Shown here: piece by piece, positions 58,001 through 61,295 of the stretch
How positions within the stretch are numbered: the stretch's first letter is position 1
Layout: each line of letters begins with the position of its first letter
Origin: an uncultured virus (IMG/VR IMGVR_UViG_2049941000_000201)
Lineage: Duplodnaviria; Heunggongvirae; Uroviricota; Caudoviricetes
IMG/VR virus record: IMGVR_UViG_2049941000_000201
Length of the DNA stretch: 61,295 nt
Strand: one strand, 5' to 3'
Translations under genes and position numbers: made by a program
The notes under the pieces: model-generated
Database searches by the model: none
Seen by the model: the letters and a program-made list of their open reading frames with translations, nothing else
What the model was told of the DNA's origin: nothing

Positions 58001-58017
58001 TTTAAGGAGACAAAAAC

Positions 58018-58944
58018 ATGGACCCGAAAAACGAAATGCGCTTGGACGGAATGGAGCAGGTTTTCTTTGACGAACAACTTGCGCTCATCAAAGCCCGCAC
58101 CTATGACGTTCGCCACAAGGCGCTGAAGGCACTCACCCTTCTTCCCGTGAGCACCGAGCAGGACCCCGGCGCCGAACACATTATTTGGCGCTCCTTTGAC
58201 CAGGTTGGCATTGCCAAGTTGGTTTCCGACTACGCCAACGATTACCCCCGCGTGGACATTGGCGGCGAAGAACACACCAGCCCCATCAAGGAAATTGGCG
58301 CTTCCTACGGCTACTCCATCAAGGAAATCCGCCGTGCGCAGAAGGCTGGCATTTCCCTGGATGCCAAGAAGGCCGAAGCCTGCCGCCGCGCCATTGACGA
58401 AAAGCAGGACAGCATTGCCTGGAAGGGCGACGCCAAGGGCAAACTCCCCGGCTTCTTCAACCACCCCGGAATCACGGAATACGTTGCCCCGAACGGCGCA
58501 GGCGGTTCCAAGACCTGGGCAAGCAAGACGGCCGACGAAATTGTTGCGGACTTTGCCGCAATTATTTCCACTGCACCGGAAAGCACGAACGGCATTGAGC
58601 AGCCGGACACGGTCATCATGCCGCTTTCGCTTTACAACAAGTTGCAGAACACGCCGTATGGTAGCAACCGCGACAAGACCATCCTGGGCTTCATTCGCGA
58701 AAACTACCCGCAGATTACCCGCATTGACTGGGTGCAGGACCTGGTTGGCGCTGGTGCCGGAAACACAAGCCGCGTGATGGCCTATGCCCGCGACCCGATG
58801 AAGGTTGAGGTGCAGATTCCGCAGCGCTTTGAACAAATGCCGCCGCAGTTGACCGGCAAGGCATACGACATCATCTGCTCGCAGAGCACTGGCGGCACGC
58901 TGGTGTACTACCCGCAGAGCGTTGTATTCTGCGACGGGCTCTAG
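58018..58944 (+). CDS. Major capsid protein (DUF2184)
   Basis: YGYSIKEIRRA, IAWKGD..GFFNHP and GGTLVYYP motifs. Confidence 0.9.
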   Translation: MDPKNEMRLDGMEQVFFDEQLALIKARTYDVRHKALKALTLLPVSTEQDPGAEHIIWRSFDQVGIAKLVSDYANDYPRVDIGGEEHTSPIKEIGASYGYSIKEIRRAQKAGISLDAKKAEACRRAIDEKQDSIAWKGDAKGKLPGFFNHPGITEYVAPNGAGGSKTWASKTADEIVADFAAIISTAPESTNGIEQPDTVIMPLSLYNKLQNTPYGSNRDKTILGFIRENYPQITRIDWVQDLVGAGAGNTSRVMAYARDPMKVEVQIPQRFEQMPPQLTGKAYDIICSQSTGGTLVYYPQSVVFCDGL

Positions 58945-59006
58945 TTCAACTCCTGAAGAGAGCACCCCGGCGGGCGGGGATAATAGCCCGCCACACTATT
59001 GAAACG

Positions 59007-59044
59007 GGTTGCCGGGCAACGCCCGCCCGGCAACCTTATTTTTT
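59007..59044 (+). terminator. Intrinsic terminator after the major capsid gene
   Basis: GGTTGCCGGG...CCCGGCAACC followed by TTATTTTTT. Confidence 0.7.
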
Positions 59045-59165
59045 AGGGCGAGAAACCGCGCCTGCGGCCTTGTTTTGGTTTTGCCAGCACCCTTGTGCTT
59101 CTATGCCGCGAACCGGGCTTGTAGGGGCTTAAAAACAAGAAAACCATCTACTCAGGAGATGAACC

Positions 59166-59543
59166 ATGCTTGTAAACTACAAAAACGCGAACGTGCTCGC
59201 TGCCGAATGCGGCAAGGGCGAACCGAAACTGATTTTGGTGCCGGGCTTGAACGTGGTGGACGATGCCCACTGGGAAAAGGCCAAGGCCACCCTGGAAGGC
59301 CACATTAAGCGCGGCCTGGTGGTGCCCATTGAAAAGGTGACCAAGAAGGACGGCAAGGAAGTGAAAAGCCCGGCAACCCCGGACGAAATTCCGAACGACC
59401 AAATTGACGACGTTGTAAACGAACTCAAATCCGAAGCGCAGGCCGACAAGTTTGTGAAGGCCGCGACCAAGGAAAGCGTCCGCGCCAAGGGCATGAACCG
59501 CAAGGAAGCGATTAAAAAGGAAGTTGAGGAAAGCCGTAAATAA
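59166..59543 (+). CDS. Hypothetical virion-associated protein
   Basis: LVPGLNVVD..W; follows the capsid gene. Confidence 0.65.
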   Translation: MLVNYKNANVLAAECGKGEPKLILVPGLNVVDDAHWEKAKATLEGHIKRGLVVPIEKVTKKDGKEVKSPATPDEIPNDQIDDVVNELKSEAQADKFVKAATKESVRAKGMNRKEAIKKEVEESRK

Positions 59544-59558
59544 GGAGCATTTGTAGCC

Positions 59559-59987
59559 ATGTCCGCCCCGCTTACCATTGACCAGTATTTGGCAGCAATA
59601 GCGCCCGCCCTTGCGACGGACGCGAACAAGGCCGTTTACATTGAAATGGCAACGGAGCGGACAAACAAGTGCTTTTATGGCGGAAAGTACAACCAGGCCG
59701 TCGCCCTGCTTGCCGCGCACATTGCCTTCCTTTTGAACGCCCAGGCCGGGGCAATGGGAACCGGAAGCGGCTCCGCCGATGCCGGAAGCGTGGGCACAAT
59801 TACCAGCAAGCGGGAAGGCGACCTTTCGGTTTCCTATGGCGCGGGTGCGGTTTCCGTTTCCGATGCCGGGGTTTCCGACGCCGAACTGGCACAAACCCGC
59901 TTCGGCCTCATGCTTTTGGCACTCCGCAAGGGGTGCCGCCCGTTCATGGGCGTGATAAACGGGGGACGGGGTTGTGGCAGATGTTAA
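59559..59987 (+). CDS. Head-tail adaptor (DUF4054)
   Basis: LLAAH, ITSKREGDLSVSY and QTRFG motifs. Confidence 0.85.
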   Translation: MSAPLTIDQYLAAIAPALATDANKAVYIEMATERTNKCFYGGKYNQAVALLAAHIAFLLNAQAGAMGTGSGSADAGSVGTITSKREGDLSVSYGAGAVSVSDAGVSDAELAQTRFGLMLLALRKGCRPFMGVINGGRGCGRC

Positions 59988-60504
59988 ATTTAAAACCATT
60001 GACCGGGGTGCCCTGCGCATCCGCAGGGAACTGAAAGTCGCAGCCGGGAAGGTTGCGCTTGTAGGCGTTCCCGGAACCGCCGACCCGGTACTTGACGCAA
60101 ACGGGAAGCCTGCCGAAATTAGCATGGCGCAACTTGCCTTTATTATGGAAAAGGGCAGCGACGTGAACAAAATTCCAGCCCGCCCGTTCATGGAACGCAC
60201 CAGGCAGCGCTGCACCCCCGACATTGCAAAGTATTCCCGCAAACTTTATTCCGCAGTCCTTTCCGGCAGAATTGGGGCAAACCAGGCTCTCAAACTTTTG
60301 GGCGAACGCTATGAAGGCGAAATGAAGCAAACCTTTACAAAGGAAACCTTCGCACCCAACGCCCCGATTACAATTAACGGCGGCTGGATGCGGAACAAGG
60401 TAAACGGAAAGGTCTTCAAGGTAAAGGGCAAGGGCAGCAGCCGCCCGCTGGTTGACGAAGGGCGCCTGCGCGGTTCAATTATTCACAAGGTGGCGAAGGT
60501 ATGA
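59974..60504 (+). CDS. Neck protein
   Basis: IPARPFM, PNAPITI and KGSSRPLVDEGRLRGSI motifs. Confidence 0.8.
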   Translation: MADVKFKTIDRGALRIRRELKVAAGKVALVGVPGTADPVLDANGKPAEISMAQLAFIMEKGSDVNKIPARPFMERTRQRCTPDIAKYSRKLYSAVLSGRIGANQALKLLGERYEGEMKQTFTKETFAPNAPITINGGWMRNKVNGKVFKVKGKGSSRPLVDEGRLRGSIIHKVAKV

Positions 60505-60845
60505 GCACGCTATTTCCCCATGTCATTGCAGTGCTGCGCCGCACCGGGAGCCGCGTGAACGGGCGCTGGGTTTCCACGCCCGAAACCAGGGTCAACGTGA
60601 CGGGCAGCGTGCAGCCAGTAAGCGGCAAGGACACGCAGTTCCTGCCGGAAGGCAGGCGCGACGTTGGAGTTGTGAAAATTTACTGCAACTCCCCGCTTAA
60701 CGTAAGCGTGGAAGGCAGCGCGGACAGCGGCGATATAGTTATTTGGCACGGCAAGAAGTGGGAAGTGTTCCAGGAACTTGCCTTTGCGAACGGGCTAATT
60801 AACCATTACAAGTATTTGGCGGGCTACGTTGGGGAGGCGACATAA
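60501..60845 (+). CDS. Head closure protein
   Basis: GSVQP..LPEG.R and DIVIWHGKKWEV motifs. Confidence 0.75.
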   Translation: MSTLFPHVIAVLRRTGSRVNGRWVSTPETRVNVTGSVQPVSGKDTQFLPEGRRDVGVVKIYCNSPLNVSVEGSADSGDIVIWHGKKWEVFQELAFANGLINHYKYLAGYVGEAT

Positions 60846-61086
60846 TGGCTGCAACCGCAACGGGAACAATTACCGCCCTTTGGGACCTGCTTTACAACTG
60901 GATGCACGGCGTGCTTCCTTCCGTTCAAATTTGCGAAAGCCACGAAAACGCTCCCACCCCAAAAGGCAACTTTATTTCGGTGGAATACGCGGGCAACTGG
61001 CAATTCGCGGGAACCGCACCCAGCAAAATGGTGGACGGCCGCGAAGACCTGCCGTCGCCCCGCCTCCACGACTTCCCGGGCGTCGC
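60845..61086 (+). CDS. Tail terminator N-terminal part (continues at window start)
   Basis: ESHENAPTPKGNF is homologous to ESHENAPTPSGNF at 289-327. Confidence 0.7.
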
Positions 61087-61295
61087 NNNNNNNNNNCAAC
61101 GAATGCAAGCGCGACGTGGCGGTGCAGTGCGCCGAACGGCACGCCCGNNNNNNNNNNGCCCGAGAACATGGAAAGCGACATCAACCGTGAAACCGCCGTC
61201 GGAGTGGATGGCGGGCAGAAGGTCGGAGAGCAACCTACCGAAGCAGACATGAAACAACTCATTCCGGGGGTGCAGTAATGCTGAAAATTCCTTTT

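Noticed and set aside
58953..59040. CTGAAGA...GAAAC hammerhead-like core
   Set aside because: Stem III lacks the required pairing and cleavage triplet, and stem I is absent. Better explained as a terminator.
61097..61295. Terminal copies of 51731-51780 and 5260-5397
   Set aside because: Short fragments between N gaps with a few SNPs. These are scaffolding or strain-variant artefacts, not terminal repeats.
1..61295. tRNA genes, CRISPR array, integrase/att site
   Set aside because: No cloverleaf, regularly spaced repeat-spacer array or recombinase motifs were recognised. N gaps could hide small features.

Overview
The window is a near-complete, circularly permuted ~61 kb myovirus-type tailed phage genome. 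It starts and ends inside the same tail-terminator gene and contains several N gaps and duplicated allele fragments. The host is probably Fibrobacter, inferred from a Fib_succ_major/FISUMP tail-tip protein. No integrase or CI-type repressor was seen. Layout: contractile tail and baseplate (0.8-13.1 kb), lysis (13.1-14.6 kb), a leftward replication/recombination/modification arm (14.7-33.3 kb), a rightward replication arm (33.5-42.4 kb; split SbcCD, primase, clamp, PolB), early cassettes with sigma-like factor and DnaB (42.5-49.9 kb), then packaging, head and neck (49.9-61.1 kb). Most notable unannotated signals: (1) a fossil diversity-generating retroelement, with target gene, variable region and hairpins intact but the accessory-gene N-terminus joined to an RT C-terminus and no template repeat; (2) a promoter-driven, ORF-free ~430 nt structured RNA with a tandem motif; (3) a type II hammerhead ribozyme with a CCGAUGA core; (4) a shared acidic-LF C-terminal motif on the polymerase, sigma-like factor and a methyltransferase, suggesting sliding-clamp coupling; (5) a TCGA-rich tail module in a TCGA-poor genome; (6) a candidate origin, a slippage-switchable methyltransferase, a MuF-metallopeptidase and two clear promoter classes. 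All calls are from reading the sequence by eye; no searches were run.
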